Source: Marsupella aquatica
Taxonomy: Eukaryota > Plantae > Marchantiophyta
DNA: 64,000 nt
NCBI GenBank assembly: GCA_973895155.1
Contig: OZ316893.1
Coordinates: 14,662,645 to 14,726,644 of the forward strand
Direction: 5' to 3'
The first letter of the stretch is position 1. Every line of letters begins with the position of its first letter. Shown here piece after piece: positions 48,393 to 61,290 of this stretch. The notes under the pieces were generated by a model that searched no databases, had not been told where the DNA came from, and was given only the letters and a program-made list of their open reading frames with translations. Position numbers and translations under genes: made by a program.

Positions 48393-51365
48393 AATGCAGC
48401 AGCAGCAGTGGTAAGAAGACGGAAGGTGCGTCATGGATTCGATTGCGGTCGACTGCCAAGCTAAGATGGCAAATGACGAAGCAGCGCAAAAAGAATCAAC
48501 TGAAGGTGGACTATTGCGTTTCAGTTCTAGGGAAGAAGGAGCCATCGGTTCCATCGAAATCGGTGCTTGTTCGTCTCATTAAGGTCTACCACATTCGTTC
48601 GAAGGAGAAGAGTGGCTGGGGCTGCTTGGTAGACGACAGTTTCTTTGAGATGTTACAGGAGCATGTCAGCTCTGCTCCTATCACCAATGCTGTGTATCAC
48701 TGGGCCGAGCATGTGCTGCAATTGCCTGCTCAGTTGCCTGTGGATCGAAAGTTGCATGCTTTGCAGGTTGATTGTCGACTATTACAGGTACTTTTTCCGC
48801 TGAGAGATGTCCCTGCCCAGTCTGTCCAACCTTCAACAAGTGAGGAGAGTAGAGAACTCATTGTTGCAGACGCCTTGGAGTTTTTGAGGAAGAAAAGGGA
48901 AAGTCTATTGTGGAAAGTACGTCGGAGCAAAAGAAATTGATTTTGACCATGCCTATCCAGACTATGTGAAGTGGAAAAAGGAGTAGAAGCATCTGTCAAT
49001 TGCCACAGCCGGTCGGAATTGTGTGAAAGATTACACAGGTGATGGCATGTCACAAGAAGAAGTAGAGGCAGCGGTACGTAACACAATCATTTTACTTACC
49101 TTTGCATTGTTGTGTATACTTCGCGCACAATGTTTACACCAGTTTTCATATTGCAGGCTGGAGTTCACGAAGTGTGGGTTGATACCTCAGATGAGGAGGG
49201 GTACGAGCCCACCCCTGACAAGTGGGGATTAGATTATCATGAGTCCTCTCATGAAGAAGACGCAGCAGAGGTATAGTTCCTCTTCCCCTTCTGCCAATGA
49301 TTTTTTCTGAATCTGCAGAGTTTGACAACATTGACCGGAATGTCTACGAAACTTCAGGTTACTTTGAATGACGAAGCTGAAGCCAAAGAATTAGGGAAGA
49401 AAGGAAAGCCACGCAGGAAGCCAAACAAACTCAAGAAGCAACCTCCACAGAAAATTACGCCTCCTGTTGACACTCAGGAAGCCGATGAGGTAAAATTTGC
49501 ACTTCCAATGTAATTATCCCATTTGTATACCGTGATATCAATGTATGCACGAGTGTATGCACGATGGTTTAGTGCTCTTAGCCCGAGTATTGCTTTTTCA
49601 GGTTCCTCCCAACAAAGGAGCCGAAGCCAACCAATCAAAGCGGAAAACAAAAAGAACCAAGAAATCTATAGAGCCACCACCGAACGGCAACACCACCCTT
49701 CCCGTAGATTCTCAGCAAGCTGACCAGGTAACGTTTACAGATGAAAGTTCTTTGCAACATGTGTAAACAGTGTGGAGAACGTTTCTTGTTTTATCAACAC
49801 TGCAAGTTCAAGAGTAGGACATTATGTTGAATACCATGATGTTAATGTATACTCACTGTTTGAATGCGCCTGTACCCTGAGTACTGCATTTTAGGTTCCT
49901 GAATCCCATGAAGGACCTACACCCGAACAATCTGTAGAGCCACCACCGAACGGCAACACCACCCTTCCCATAGATTCTCAGCAAGCTGACCAGGTAATGT
50001 TTACAGATGAAAGTTCTTTGCAATATCTGTAAATAGTGTGGAGAACATTTCCTGTTTTATCAACACTGCAAGTTCAAGAGTAGGACACCAATGTTATGTT
50101 GTATACCATGATGTTAATGTATACTTACTGTTTGAATGTGCCTATACTCCGAGTACTGCATTTTAGGTTTTTGAATCCCATGAAGGACCAACACCCAAAC
50201 AATCTGTAGAGCCACCACCGAACGGCAACACCACCCTTCCCGTAGATTCTCAGCAAGCTGACCAGGTAACGTTTATAGATGAAAGTTCTTTGCAACATCT
50301 GTAAACAATGTGGAGAACGTTTCCTGTTTTATCAACACTGCAAGTTCAAGAGTAGGACACCAATGTTATGTTGTATACCATGATGTTAATGTATACTTAC
50401 TATTTGAATGTGCCTGTACTCCGAGTACTGCATTTTAGGTTCCTGAATCCCATGAGGGACCTACACCCGAACAATCTAAGAGGAAATCAAAGAGAACCAA
50501 GAAATCTGTACAACCACAGAAGCCCGCGCCTGAGGTAAGTGTGTTTTCAATAGGCCAAGGAGGAACATTCCAGGGTAGACAGTGGTAAAAATGTATTCTA
50601 TGTGTACTTATTTGATTTAAACATGCAATCACCTTAGTTTGCAATGACAGGGACCAAAGGAAGGGGAGCAAGCAACGGCACCCCCGGAGACAGAAAAAAG
50701 TGAACCTAGACGTTCAAAGAGGAAGCAAACAACTGCTCCCACCGAAGAGAAAATTGCCCAAACAAAAAGAAAGACCAGAACTAAACCAAGGTAAGTACAA
50801 ATCATTGTGTACTATGTGGCCATATTGTATAGGGACTAAACACAGGATTCGCTTGATACTGATTTCAGCCTTACAATTGCAGGATTCATCTAAACAAGTC
50901 CAGGATGTCAATGCACACCCAGCACCAGAGGGAGGCAACACTATTGAAACTCAGGGTACCGCCCTTCCACCGAATGTGTCTGCAATCCCATCAGGAGAGA
51001 TGACTGCACCGGTAGGGAGCACACCTTTTGTAATTGACTTTGGTGGCATGATTGATTGGTAAGATGTGTTTCTTTGCTGATTTCTTTCATATGTGAATTT
51101 GCAGGAGTACCAGAAACCACCTGATGTGCAACCAGACCCATATGCAAGTAGACGTCAGAGAAAATTGACAGTTCGTGGGCCATTGGGCAAGGCGCAAAGT
51201 GAATTTGTAATCCCGGGGTCTGTACCACAAGAGGTCACTGTGCAGGAGGACGATATTTTGGATTCCTTGCACGCATCACAAATTCTCCAAAACTGTAGCC
51301 AGGCTGATGTTACCTCTTTTCACAAGGCAATCGATAAAATGATTAGTAATGTGGATGAAGTTTAG
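48393..51365 (+). pseudogene. Second, convergent multi-exon gene of the MULE (mudrB position, unknown product), decayed
   Basis: Large first exon with frameshifts/stops followed by about 10 short GT-AG-bounded Lys/Pro/Gln-rich exons, last exon ending SFHKAIDKMISNVDEV*. Confidence 0.55.
49663..50478 (+). repeat. Three tandem copies (266-272 bp) of an exon+intron unit
   Basis: Units start at 49663, 49929 and 50201; they create 99-bp phase-0 exons (e.g. 49895-49993, VPESHEGPTPEQSVEPPPNGNTTLPIDSQQADQ). Confidence 0.92.
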
Positions 51366-51554
51366 GGTACAATTAGCAATATCCCAGGGATAGTCTAGGG
51401 TACCTACCCTGTTTTGTCACCAATGTGTTCATGATAATAAATATGAAATGTTCCTGCATTTCTTGCTCTCTTTCAAGACTATATAACATGATCTGTTCCA
51501 AAAATGGTCATAGTAGATCTGTGTCTGGGATACAATATTTATGTTGTATTCACA

Positions 51555-52030
51555 TTTTCTCTGACTTTACGACGAAGACGCCCCACTGTCGAATCCTTCC
51601 CACTGACTAAGACGCCCCCCGTCGAAGCCCAAATGGACAAAACCTACGGAATTTGAACACAGAAAACCCTTTTTCATGTATACGATTTGGACATTGTATT
51701 CAGATTTCACACTTGGAAAAAAAAATTGTCCCTCCGACTTTACGAACACGCCCTCCGCCAAAGCCTGCCCAAATGGACAAAACCTACGGAATTTGAACAC
51801 AAAAAACCTTTTTTCATGTATACGATTTGGACATTGTATTCAGATTTCACACTTGGAAAAAAAATTTGTCCCTCTGACTTTACGAACGTGCCCTCCGCCG
51901 AAGTCTGCCCAAATGGACAAAACCTATGGAGTCTCAACATAGAAATACCTTTTTCATGTATACACTTTGCACGTTGTATTCATAATTCACAGTTACAAAA
52001 AAATTCATTCACTTGAACTTTACAAAGACA
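51555..52030 (+). repeat. 140-bp tandem repeats between the convergent MULE genes
   Basis: CCCAAATGGACAAAACCTA at 51628, 51768 and 51908. Confidence 0.92.
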
Positions 52031-52279
52031 GTCGGGCCTAAATGGAAAAAAAACATGCCATATTCAACACTTTAATAATCATACAGCACATGCACCATGG
52101 AAGGCGTACTCAGACCTAACAATTGCAAATAAAAGGCTTCACTCCTCATTGGATGGAATACAACATCCACTTTGTAACAATTTGAACTCATTCAAGGTAG
52201 TGTTTAGGTCCATGCACAAATGTGCCCTACTACCATCTAACTTCCCAATATAGTGAATAGTAGACTGTGATGTATATGT

Positions 52280-55200
52280 CTATTCTGTGATATCTAATTC
52301 ATGAGGTAGCCCAAAATAAGGGCAATTATCAGCAGCTTCTTCAACAAGTTCAGTGATGCGCCGTGCCCACTCATAATCCAAGGAGTTTTGAATGCGTGGA
52401 TTGGAAGGCATAGTACCACTGCCTATTGTTGGTGCTCCAACAGTGACAAGCCACTCACTTTCTCCAGCATTGTTCACATTGTCATGCTCTTCCCCTTCCA
52501 CCTACGCATTACAATAACACTAGAATAAGTAAACAAATTCTTATGAAACTAGGACTTTTATATGGACCTTCTCTGTCTTGCAACATTATAACATTTCGTA
52601 CCTGCTCATCATCTTCAGTTGCTTGGGCAACTGAAACTTCTTTGCAAGATTGTTTGTTGTGGCCAACCTTTTCGCACCTGCTGCACGTACACTTTACATT
52701 ACCCCGCTTCCTTTTCTTAGGTAGGATCTCAACCATTGGGAGGCCACTCGCAGAGTTTGCACTTGGAAACGGAATGCCTCTCTCATTGTCATCATCCATT
52801 GGATATCTGAGACACAGCCTTCCTGTTGGATCAAGATGGAGGTCCTCCCCATTCCCTAAAGCCCTGGAACGAGTTTCCCCATGAATTCTTACCATTCTAT
52901 GTCGCCCATTCACTATAGCAGGCTCTGGAGCATGACAACTTAAGCTCAATGGAAGGTGAGTGGAAACAAAGCTAGGTAATACACCATCATAAATTAAAAC
53001 CAAAGACTGTGTCCGCCAACATTTATGAAAATGCCTAGCCGGATTCTTTCCTGTTTCATCATCCCATGCCAGCATATGTTGGCATGGCCAAACCATCTCC
53101 TGCAGCTCCATGCAAGTGCACTTTGGTTTTGGTGACAAAGTGACAAGATACTCCTCACTCCCTGTTGTAGTCTGAATTTTGGCACTGGATTGACCATCAC
53201 TGAATACATGTAGCATGACAGTATGAAATATGAAGCGTGAGACAATCCATCCTCCACATGTGGTGAAAATGTTTGTTACAAAAGGAAAAGAAAGAGCCAA
53301 TTTGCACCTGGAATTGTTGGAAGTTCTGCAAGTTGGTATTGTATCATAGTTGTGTTGGTTTTGACAGTGGTTCTTGTCTACATGCAACCTCTATTCTCCT
53401 GTCTTTAAACTTTTGTTGAATGTACACCCAAAGAGCCACCAACAACTTTCCAGGTGCTAGCAGACGGAATGGTAATAATCCAGAATTTGCTTGCTCGGTT
53501 GGATTACTTGTGACCTTACCCATGCGAGGGAGTGGGAATGCATGCCTGACATAACATTTCACATCCAGACCGCGGATGTAATGTGCTGCATCAACTCCCT
53601 TGTCGGCTATCAATGAACCAGACAGTTGATCTAACACAGACTCATATCTGAATTGAAAGAGACAGAATACATGAGTGACAATGTTTACAGAGACAAAATA
53701 CATCAAGCACAATGTCAAAATTTATAGAATACATCAAGCACAATGTCTGAATAGACAAATTGCTTTCATATTGGTCCTAGTGAGTGTATTTACTTACTGG
53801 TGCACATCATTGGCATAGACACATCCGTAGAAGAATTCACTTGCTGTTCTACCATGCCTGGTCTTCACATTTGCCCTCAAATGATTTGCGCACTGTGCAT
53901 GGATCTTTCCTACTGTCCAAAAATAATAAATTAGATTTTGTACTCCAGTTAGCACAGTATCATCATAACTCTCAAATTTGACAGAATTAAGCAATCTAAG
54001 TGTGGAAGGGTGTTACCTGGCCAAATCTGACTTACAGCAGCAGTGAGACCCTTTTGACGATCTGACATGATGACAATGTCTTGACTACCAATGCCATATA
54101 CAGCTCTGTCCATTAATTCTAGAAACCAAAGCCAGTTCTCTATGTTTTCAACTGGTGCTACTCCATAGCAAAGTATGACACCGTTTGAGTTCCCATCCAG
54201 GCATGTAGCTAAAATAGTTGAGTTGGATATTTTCTATTCTTGGTGTGACAAGCATCTAAACTAACCATCGGCTGAGTATAGTTAAGTGCTTTCCTGGTGG
54301 CAGATGGACATATGAATGCTCTACAAAAAATGGTGGAGTCCTCCATAGTGCACCAATGTGCAACACAGCCAGGGTCTGTCTCCCGAATCCTGTCAATCAA
54401 TGCTGGGATCATCTGAAAAGATGATTTCTGTGAGCCAGCGGTCCAATGCCCTACAAGATCTTTGCCCCGCCACATTTGCTGGTAGTTACTTCCTCGCTTG
54501 TAGTCACCTTGGAAACCAGACAGCAATTCCTTCACAGGCATTTTCAGATTTCTGATGATTCTTGGAGCCAATGTTACCCCCAACCATGCAGACTTGTGAG
54601 TAGGAGCTCTCCACTTGTGAATGTGAGCAGCACAAGTATGTGTTAGTTCACATACAGTGATAATATGACCCCCACCCTTCACTCTACTGCAATGTACTCT
54701 GAAAGGACATACCTCCTCTAAGTAAAGCAAGTCTTCTGGTCCTGGTTGAGAGGGCTTAGATCTGGAGAACTGTCCACAAGCTCCAGTTGCAGATGGCTTC
54801 CTAGTTTTCTGTTGACCAGGTTTACGTGGGTGTTGCGAACCAGGTAACCAAACGCTATTGTGTTGGACTATGGACTTTGGTCTGTTGTGCACAACTCTTC
54901 CTTGTGTAGACAAAACAGTATTTCTGTGCACAGTTTGTTGTACAGATATAGGTGCATTTTGATGCACGGATTGTTGTGTAGATAATGACACATTTGTCTG
55001 CATGGTGTTCGCTTGAATGGCTGAAAGCGGTGCACGAGGTTGCTGACAAGCAAGAGTGATCTGATTAATGGCATTATGAAATTGACGATCTTCAATCTGC
55101 AAAACCCCATGATTGTACACACCAAGAATTTGAGCAAGTGATTGTAGGATGTCCCAAAATAAAAAAAGGTGTGGCATTGGTAGCAGTGGCAGCGGTAGCA

Positions 55201-55640
55201 CACACCTCTGCTTGACTACAATATCTATTCTCTTGTTGTGTAGTTTGCTGCAATGTCTGAGACCTTGGTCCTTTCGATCGTCTTCCACTCCAATGGCCAT
55301 ATGTCCTATGAAACTCATGCTCACCTTCTGACTCTTCATCCTCTTCCTCAGATTGAAGTTGCCACTGGTTTGGTTCCTCCGTAGCATGTGAACCAATGTT
55401 GTCATTGTCACCATGGTCATCACAAGTTGCCTCATCATCGACTACCTGTTTCGATCTAGCAATCTTTCCAAACCTGCATACACGAATACATCGATTTGCA
55501 AACGTCTTGTATCTGGACATGGCTCGACCATTCATCACAACCAGAGAATCTAGGCACCGATCAAACTCTTCAAAGCTATTGAAGTGCTCTCCCAACTTGA
55601 TTCGAGCAGCCTCTACTGCCATTGTAACAGAGGAAGACAT
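52280..55640 (-). pseudogene. MURA-like Mutator transposase (MuDR DBD, DDE, SWIM zinc finger, CCHC knuckle), frameshifted
   Basis: LGEHFNSFEEF, CPFRVHC...HTC, SLDACHTKNRKY, MSDRQKGL, HAQCANHLRAN, TSNPTEQANS, CTCMELQEMVWPCQH, CSRCEKVGHNKQSC; 1-nt deletion in the A-run at 54211-54214. Confidence 0.9.
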
Positions 55641-56936
55641 GTCATCACGTTAATATGTATACAATGACATCAATGTTCATGTGCGGAAGCTACATGCCTG
55701 GATGGGAACTCAAACGGTGTCATACTTTCAAATCACATTGGACTGACACACATTGTATGAAAATAAGAAATGTCCAGACAATCTGATGGCACCTTCTTCA
55801 GCAGTTCTGCCATCCAATATCCTCGGGGGGTTCTCAACATTCTTTTGAGCCCTCTGACGTTCTTGTGTGTCTTGTGTTCGTGCGCTCTCATGATAGGGGA
55901 CATTGACTTCCCAAACATCACCTCTGGTCCACAAATGCATTGAGTCATTGTCCTCCATGCCTGACACTGTCCCTCTAAGCGTACTGTACACATTAGGGGA
56001 GTGGAAACACTCATGACCCTGCCGTGCGAGCTCACGCGCAAAGCATGTGCACAAAAAAAGTGTCGTGTGAAATGACAGGAACGTGCAAAAGTTCTGTAAC
56101 ATGTCAATGATTTGGCGGGTCATCCTCTGAAAACATTATCCACCCTGTATTCTATTCAAGATATAAGCATGTTTAGCTTTTCCGCGCCTAAGCCAACGGT
56201 TACTCCAAACCCTAATTTGTTTAACTATATATAATCTAATACAATTTTTTATACATGGCTGTAAATGTCTACACTGCTTTGTATATGTTGTGGTTGCACT
56301 ATGCTTGGTTCATCCAACATTGTGGTCATTGTATACAGTGATGTCAATGTATACATTCATGATCTAACTATGAGGCTCTATTTCATTGTGCGGCCGCACA
56401 ACATAAGGTTTGTTTGACATCACGGTTCATGTTTGTATGCATTGTTGTCAATGTCTACATTGCGGGATACATTGATTCACTCGGAACTGCAATCGTAGTC
56501 GACCGCATTCGGCGACGCGGTCGGACACTGAAGAACAATAGAACATGTTGCGTTTTACAATGACAATCTCGCGTTATAAGAACTGCACAATGTGTTAGAA
56601 GAACATATCACACGAAATGGTACCTCTGGTGGGCCCAGAGTCCACTGGGAGGGCGTGGGAAACTTTTGGTCCATTAAGAGAGAAAGTTGCATTTGGAGGT
56701 CCACTAAGTATATATCTCATTAGAAACAGAACTCCCCGAGACTAGGATAACAGGGGGATCCTGAATGTCAAAGTTAGCTACTCAAAACCTTTCAGAAGCA
56801 CCAAGTGTGGACAATGAGAGACAGAGTAAATCTAGAAATCCATAACTCTTTCAAGTATTCATTTAAACTAGAGATATTAGACAGATTGCAAAGATGTTTC
56901 TAGATGCTTCTAGCCCAAGGAAAGCCAATTCTACTA

Positions 56937-57291
56937 CACTGTTCACCGTAACTAGTGTGACTAACACTAATTTGAGAGCTTTCATTTTCAGGGTTTACTC
57001 GTGAATTAATGTTAGTCACACTAATTTTGTGCTAGCATTATTTTTGCACACATGAATTGGTGTTATTGTGGTCTTCAGAGTGGAAAAATAGACAAAAAAA
57101 ATTATTTTGAAAAATACATAACAATTAGTGTTACTTTGGATTCAAGATCATCTATTTTTTACAAGCAATTTAAACTAAAGTGAAAAATAATTATCTTGAA
57201 AATTGACAAAAATTAGTGTTAGTTGAACTCAGAATCATTTTTTATTACACTAATTTTATACTAACATTGATTCTTGCATGACACTAATTAT
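56937..57291. mobile_element. Second copy of the Tc1/mariner MITE (right TIR degraded)
   Basis: TA|CACTGTTCACCGTAACTAGTGTGACTAACACTAA..., collinear with 43938-44319. Confidence 0.85.
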
Positions 57292-57968
57292 AGCAAATAC
57301 TCTAGATATCAACAAAACTAAAGGTCAATCATTAGTGATGAAAATTATTTGAATATGAGAAGGTAATCAATGAGTGAAGGTATCACCATCCATGGGGTTG
57401 CATGGTCCCCAAGTCCATGGGACCATCATTTTCACTTTACCAAGAATATGATTGAGAATAGAATCTATTCTAATACAGCGCAATCAAAACTGAAACCTCT
57501 TCTTTGACTAACTGAGGGCATAACTCAAGTGAGGGGTGCACACAACAAACACGGAAATAATATGGAATACTCATCTCTATTTAAGGAGGGAATAATAAGG
57601 CTAGCTCAAAAATGATGGACCAATGCCGTGCACTACAGAGGACTTTCCACAGATCAAGGAGGGATTCTAGGTTCCGTGGAGACCCAACCCAACGGCTTCC
57701 TTAAATCTTGGGCGCCCTCAACAAGCGATCGTCAAATAGCATACGAATATGAGAATCGTCCAAGGAATATCCCAAGTCGCACAAAACGCTGGTACAGAAC
57801 CGCAGGATCTGGAGCGCTTCGAGTCATCACTGCAGTCGTCAAAGGATTATCCCAAGTCCTCCAGGGGACCGATGGTACAGAGCTGCAGCCTGCAGGATGG
57901 GCAACAATTGAAATACTTATTACTGCAGTCCCAAATCTCGCTTGTAACGTTTCCTCACGATATTAGAG

Positions 57969-58104
57969 GCCTCAAGATATTATTATTGTCTTAAAACCAC
58001 TTGAATAGTTGAATGGGATACGCAAAGAAGCACTGTGCCTCAAGATATTATTATTGTCTTAAAACCACTTGAATAGTTGAATGGGATACGCAAAGAAGCA
58101 CTGT
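57969..58104 (+). repeat. Perfect 68-bp tandem duplication
   Basis: GCCTCAAGATATTATTATTGTCTTAAAACCACTTGAATAGTTGAATGGGATACGCAAAGAAGCACTGT twice. Confidence 0.92.
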
Positions 58105-60415
58105 ACAGGAAGTATGGATATACTTTATACGGAGAACATTCTCTTGCAGTTGCCAGACTGCAGTATTATTGCTTTTTGGTATTTTTATTGGCTGTTTTTG
58201 TTTTTACCCTTTCCGGCTTTCTCCTCTCCCTTTCACATTCAATCTATGTGAAGTTTTATTATTATTATTATTTTTAAATTTTTTTTTAAAAATTATGTGA
58301 AGGGTTACGGTTGATCTTTGTATTTTAGACAACTGGCCCTGATTATCCGTTATTTGTATATTAAAGAACTTGAATAGAGGTAAGTACTAAATTTTTTTTA
58401 CCAAAATATATATTTTATTCACATTTTTTGAATGATAAGAAAATTATTTACATATCATCATTTTAATAATGATATATAAGATATGGTATTCTTTTCTATG
58501 CAGATCTCTTTTTATGCACATATGTTATGGTGGAGCCATATAATACATTTTGAATACAAAAATATACATGATACCATTTGACATATCATAATCATGAATT
58601 TTTTCATTCACATGATGAGCCACTGAACTATGGTCTAGAGGTTTCATTCTAGAAACCTAGTTCCCAACTTTAGCTTATAGTTGACACTTTATAAATAAGA
58701 TTTTCATCTCTCCACGGTAGCCAAAGAAGATGCTAGGGATATTCTTTATGGCTTTATTAATTTCAAATTTTCATAATTCCTAGATTGAACCATGAGATTC
58801 TGGTTAATGGGGTCTGTTGCTAGGTAAGAAATTGGCGCTAATAGAACTTCAAAAACCTAGCATTTGTCCCCAAGATTGGCAAAGATTTTTTAGCAAGGTG
58901 GAATATAGCAATTTTTTGCAACAAAGGATGCCAAAACCCCCCTACTTAAATCCAGTGACCAAAATCTCTCTGGTACTGGCATGGATCAAGGTTGTAGCTG
59001 CTCCAAAACATTTGAAGACTCAGAAGGAAGCTTAATGCCCACAGGATGTTCAGGGTTTATGGCTTGTAACCCCCTCCAGTCCTTGGATTACCCTACATTA
59101 AAAACCACTTGGGATATTTTCTCAAGAGGCATGTGTTATAAGCATTTTATAACACACAGGCCAGTCTGCCAGATCTGTTATGACGAGCTCCTGTTGCGAA
59201 GGAAAGGTTCAACCGTAGACTCTTATCTAGGTTTTCTTCACAAATTATGAGCCACTGTAGATGTAATGCATCCCAGCTAGTTTTTTCTGGTGGGGAAGTG
59301 TGAATGGTGAGCTTCAATGTACTCCCATGTTTGGTGTCTTTTCCCCCTTCCCTCATAGAAAAATCACCTGCCCTGCACATATGCTGAATTCTACTAGTAA
59401 TTATTTAATTGTTGATTTCTTTTATGAGGTTTTTTTATCTTGTATCCGTTTTTTTGGTGGATATGGAAACTTTAAAATGCAAATGTGTTTACTGCAGTAG
59501 ATGCAAGAGAACAATCTAGATGGCTGCAAAGCCCAGGACAGTAGTACTCAGAAGTTTTGGGCAAAGTACAATGAGGTTCAAGAAAACAGAACAAACAACC
59601 CAAAGAATTGTCAAATAGCATCTAATTTGTTGTTTTGTGGATATCTGCAAACACATTTGAGTTGGTTGAAACAAAGGTCCAATTACCAAAAAGGGCCAAA
59701 CAAAGTAAAATGGAGAAAGGCTAAAGAGGTCCAAAGAGGACAACCCCGTCACAAAAGCAGAAGGCAAATGCAAACTTGCCAAACCAAGAAAGATTAAAAA
59801 CTAAGACATAAAAAATCTATCATTCCAATTGCTTGATGATGAAGGCACTTTCTTTGGAAGTGATGTGGTTGGTCCTTGATCAATTAAAAACATGAAAAAA
59901 CTAGATGAAGGTGAGACGGCAACAAATGTATTTAAGTTCATTGGGGAAGGAAGAACACAAACCTGAGGGGCCAAACAAACAACGGGGGAGTGTTACAACG
60001 CCGCCCAACAACTTTGATTGATTGTAACCAATGAAGAGTTAGCATTTTCTTTGTGGATACTTGCCCCACTGTTTTCAAAGTGCAGTGATTGATTTTTTTG
60101 GTTTAGATTTGAACCCAAAGATTACTTTCAGCTTGGTCTTTGTATGTGCGTGTGGTGGGTGGGGAAGGGGGGCCTTGGATTGTGCGGGGCCAGGCATCGA
60201 CTCAATCATGAATAAAAGTACCCACAGTTGCACAGTTTTCATTTCTCATATATAGAATATATTTTTGGTGTCCCGTTTTGAGATCACGTATTTCTCACTT
60301 AACAGAACCACAACCCAACCTTGGTGGGAGTCCAACAACCATATCTGAAGGTGTAGTTGACATATACTTGAAAATGCTTAAGATGCTCAATACAACTAAC
60401 CCCACTATGTGATAT

Positions 60416-60442
60416 AAACCCTAAACCCTAAACCCTAAACCC
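60416..60442 (+). repeat. Short interstitial plant telomeric repeat (CCCTAAA)n
   Basis: AAACCCTAAACCCTAAACCCTAAACCC. Confidence 0.9.
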
Positions 60443-60479
60443 TTCACCTACCTCCTACTTTAGATTCCAGCGGTCCTAA

Positions 60480-61290
60480 TTGTATCTGTTCTGACTTGCC
60501 TGGCCCTTCTCATAGTAAACACCACTATGATCATAGAAGTCCAGGTCTTTTTTATTTATTAAATATTTTTTTAGAAGTCCAAGATATAAGCTTACCTTTG
60601 CCTAATTTTCTAAAACTAAAGGAAAACTATCCCTTGAGTAGTTTCATATGTTCTTGCGTGGCTCTTCTCCACACCAGATGTAAATGGGTTCTGTCGAGGT
60701 CCAGAACCAGGAACAAATTGCTCATTGCTTGCTGATGAGGAACCACTTTGGGAAATACCAATGACCTCTAAATTCTATCGTTGGCCTCACTCATTGACAA
60801 TGTTCTGAAAAACAATTGTGGGGGGCTGTTTCTAAAGTTCTAGAAAGGTTATTGGTCACCCCTAAAAAAGACCAACAACCAAGGTTTCGCACAAGTTTGG
60901 TGGATCCCGGTGGCCTCTCTCTCTTCACAGAACGAGGCTCTAGAAATATCTTTTCATTCTTTGGATATCACCTGGATTTTGTGGACTTCGAATGGCTGGG
61001 AGAGAATCTGATGATACCATCGAATACCAAATTTGACACTCTCCAACGTTAGCTAACGGTGGTCTTTGCTTAGTCACACATCAGTTCCCCAAAATATCAG
61101 TTTATTATTATCACAAACTTTCTTACTCAAGCTTCCCAGTTCCCCATTGGCGTGCTGGTCTTCTTTACTTCCACACATTTCATTCCATTCTCTTTGCACT
61201 TGTCCTCCTCCATATATGAATAATCCATTTTCTAAAAACCAAATGTTGGTCCACCATCTGGGAGGGACCATGTCAATTATTAAACATTAT
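60480..61290 (-). pseudogene. Degenerate L1/LINE ORF2 fragment (tentative)
   Basis: Decayed frames such as MVPPRWWTNIW...LSKKVCDNNKLIFWG, similar in character to the post-RT region of plant L1. Confidence 0.3.

Larger units (their letters stand above)
47743..56718 (-). mobile_element. Complete Mutator-like element (MULE), 8976 bp
   Basis: Near-perfect ~80-bp TIRs (GAGAKATATACTTAGTGGACCTCCAAATGCAACTTTCTCTCTTAATGGACCAAAAGTTTCCCACGCCCTCCCA), 9-bp TSD ATTAGAAAC at 47734-47742 and 56719-56727, internal MURA gene. Confidence 0.96.

Noticed and set aside
60416-60442. Chromosome end
   Set aside because: Fewer than four repeat units and internal; an interstitial telobox-like tract.
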